64,000 bases of DNA from the NCBI RefSeq assembly GCF_036321535.1, contig NC_087437.1:28956001-29020000 (forward strand), in the 5' to 3' direction. Of this stretch, positions 61,911 through 64,000 are shown in pieces. The notes beneath the pieces were generated by a model, which made no database searches, was not told the origin of the DNA, and worked only from the letters and a program-made list of their open reading frames with translations. Both the position numbers and the translations under genes were made by a program. Positions within the stretch are counted from its first letter, which is position 1. Each line of letters starts with the position of its first letter. The stretch is from Camelus dromedarius. Taxonomy: Eukaryota.

Positions 61911-62141
61911 GGGATTCTCTCCCCATATTCACCTTTTTTCATAAAGTTCAAGTGGGACATATTTGGAGCTGTTGCCACTATTTTCTGGAGAAAGCTTGGC
62001 AAGAAGAACTGGATTCTTCACCTGCATCGTTGCCAATGTGTCTCCTTCCACCACCGGCTGTTGTGTTAGACAGTCAGCTGTCCTATTCCACCCACCCCAG
62101 CAGCTGTGTGGACCTCCTCCAGGCAATACACAACAGGTGTA

Positions 62142-62178
62142 TGTGTGTGTGTGTGTGTGGTGTGTGTGGTGTGTGTGG
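62142..62178. repeat. (TG)n / (TGTGTGTGG)n microsatellite
   Basis: Direct reading. Confidence 0.85.
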
Positions 62179-62420
62179 TATGTAATAGAGAAATGCCTTT
62201 AAGACTTGTCGTGACCTAAACTGTTCTTTAGACATTTTTCCGTAAATCTCTTTATAATGTATCCTTACTGGATGATGTAACACATACTTTTCACAAGCAG
62301 TTAAAAACACTTATCAGCTGTTTGATGCTGATGCAATCTGATATCCCACTATTGAAAAAAATTTTAAGCCCTAAAAAGATTATTTTACTGAATTATGTAC
62401 TTTTGGAGCTGAACGAAAAC

Positions 62421-62515
62421 TTTTTTTTTTCATTTTCATATTGTTTTTCACCATAAGTTACTACAAGATACTGACTATGGTTCTCTGTGCTATACAGTAA
62501 AAACTTGTTGTTTAT
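62421..62515 (-). mobile_element. ~95-bp L1 3' UTR fragment
   Basis: ttttcatattgtttttcaccataagttactacaagatactg...tgctatacagt; aaaactt on both flanks. Confidence 0.75.
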
Positions 62516-63156
62516 ACTAAAAACTTCTTTTTTCACTCTTTTAATTTTAGATACTTTTAAAGGGTGCATTTGATTACAGAGTAAGATTTTATTTTTTATA
62601 AATATTATGAGAAATTCTCAAATGACCTTAACAACCCAATTAAATGTTAATATGTGAAAGTCTACAGTGCACCAGGACAAATGAAATTACAGTTAAAGGA
62701 TATAATACACATGTCTTTTGAGAATATCCACATGTAGGGGGAAAAAATGGCAATTCTAAAACTTAATGTGATTTGACTGTGCAGAAGAAATTGAGAAGTT
62801 AATGAATCAGTATCAGTTACATCAGAAAAATTGTCCAAGCAAAAAACACTTTGACCTTATAAAGAGTGAAAATTGCTCTGAGTGTCTCTGTTATCTGAAA
62901 CAGGATAATGTGAGGACAGGGAAGTAAAGGAAAGATTTTTATCTGAGATAATTATGAATCTATTATCTAGCAGTATTTTTATTGGATTCTTTCAAGTACT
63001 CAAAAGTAATAACGTTAGAAGGGTAATGTATATTTTTTACATTAAATGAGTTTCAAGAAGAGTATCTCTTTTGAGGACCTAGGAATTATCTCATAACATT
63101 AGTAATTCAACATACTGTGATCAATCTGATAATATAAAATATTTTAATATAAAAGG

Positions 63157-63621
63157 AAAGTCTTGTACATCGTTGGTGGGAATGTAAATTGGTGTAGCCA
63201 CTGTGGAAAATAGTACAGAGTTTCCTCAAAAAACTAAAAATAGAACTACCGTATGAACAAGCAATTCCACTCCTGGATCTATATCCAAAAAAAAAATAAA
63301 AACAATGTTTGAAAAAATACATGCACCCCAATGTTCATAGCTGCATTATTTGCAATTGCCAAGATATGGAAGCAACCTAAATGTCCATCAACAGATGAAT
63401 GGATAAAGAATATATATATAAGTGAGATATATATATGTGTATATATATATGATGTGATATATATAGGAGTGTGTGTGTGTATACTACTCAGCTATGAAAA
63501 ATGGAATTTTACCATTTGCAACAACATAAATGGACTTGGAGGATGCTATGCTAAATGAAATAAGTCAAACAGAGAAAGACAAATACTGTATGAAACCACT
63601 TATATGTGGAATCTAAAAAAA
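63157..63621 (+). mobile_element. L1 ORF2 end and start of 3' UTR, with internal (TA)/(TG) expansion
   Basis: [26 protein letters not shown]; tatatgtggaatctaaaaaaa. Confidence 0.9.
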
Positions 63622-64000
63622 TACAACTCCTAGAGGAAAACATAGGCAGAGCATTCTGATAAATTTCAGCCGTTTTTTTTGGATCCATCTCCTAGAGTAA
63701 TGGAAATAAAAACAAAAATAAACAAATGGGACCTAATTAAACTTAAGAGTTTTGCACAGCGAAGGAAACTGTAAACAAAACAAAAAGACCACCTGTGGAA
63801 TGGGAGAAAATATTTGCAAATAATGCAACCAACAAGGAATTAATCTCCAAAATATACAAGCAGCTCATACAACTAAATATCTAAAAAACAAACAACCTGA
63901 TCAAAAATGGGCAAATGATCTAAATAGTCATTTCTCCAAAGAAGATATACAGATGGCCAACAGGCACATGAAAGGATGCTCAGCATCACTAATTGTTAAA
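63622..64000 (+). mobile_element. second L1 ORF2 fragment, runs off the window
   Basis: Sequence jumps back to an upstream ORF2 position (actcctagaggaaaacataggc...acatgaaaggatgctcagcatcac). Confidence 0.85.

Overview
Mammalian genomic DNA, AT-rich and repeat-dense, intergenic or deep-intronic. It is most likely camelid: five tRNA-derived Vic-1-like SINEs and cetartiodactyl-type L1 3' ends are present. I found no intact protein-coding gene; the ORF track is almost all repeat-derived or chance. The standout element is a disabled, apparently full-length MOCS3 retrocopy (40513-43427, +). It has a 13-bp TSD, AATAAA plus an A-rich tail, and an ERV1-type solo LTR in its 3' UTR. Its coding part is still CpG-rich and carries a 12-bp minisatellite born from its own V-P-Y-A codons. 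Its divergence from MOCS3 looks concentrated around that minisatellite and skewed A/T->G/C, which suggests a recombination hotspot with GC-biased gene conversion (inference from a remembered human protein; needs alignment). The rest is a near full-length, internally deleted L1 with TSD (45687-51499), many truncated L1s (one 5'-inverted), L2, MIR, MaLR/ERV LTRs, hAT MITEs, CTCF-like and CRE motifs and a few unproven non-coding exon candidates. I see no support for a wholly new multi-gene system. Repeat family names come from recognition, not from a database search.
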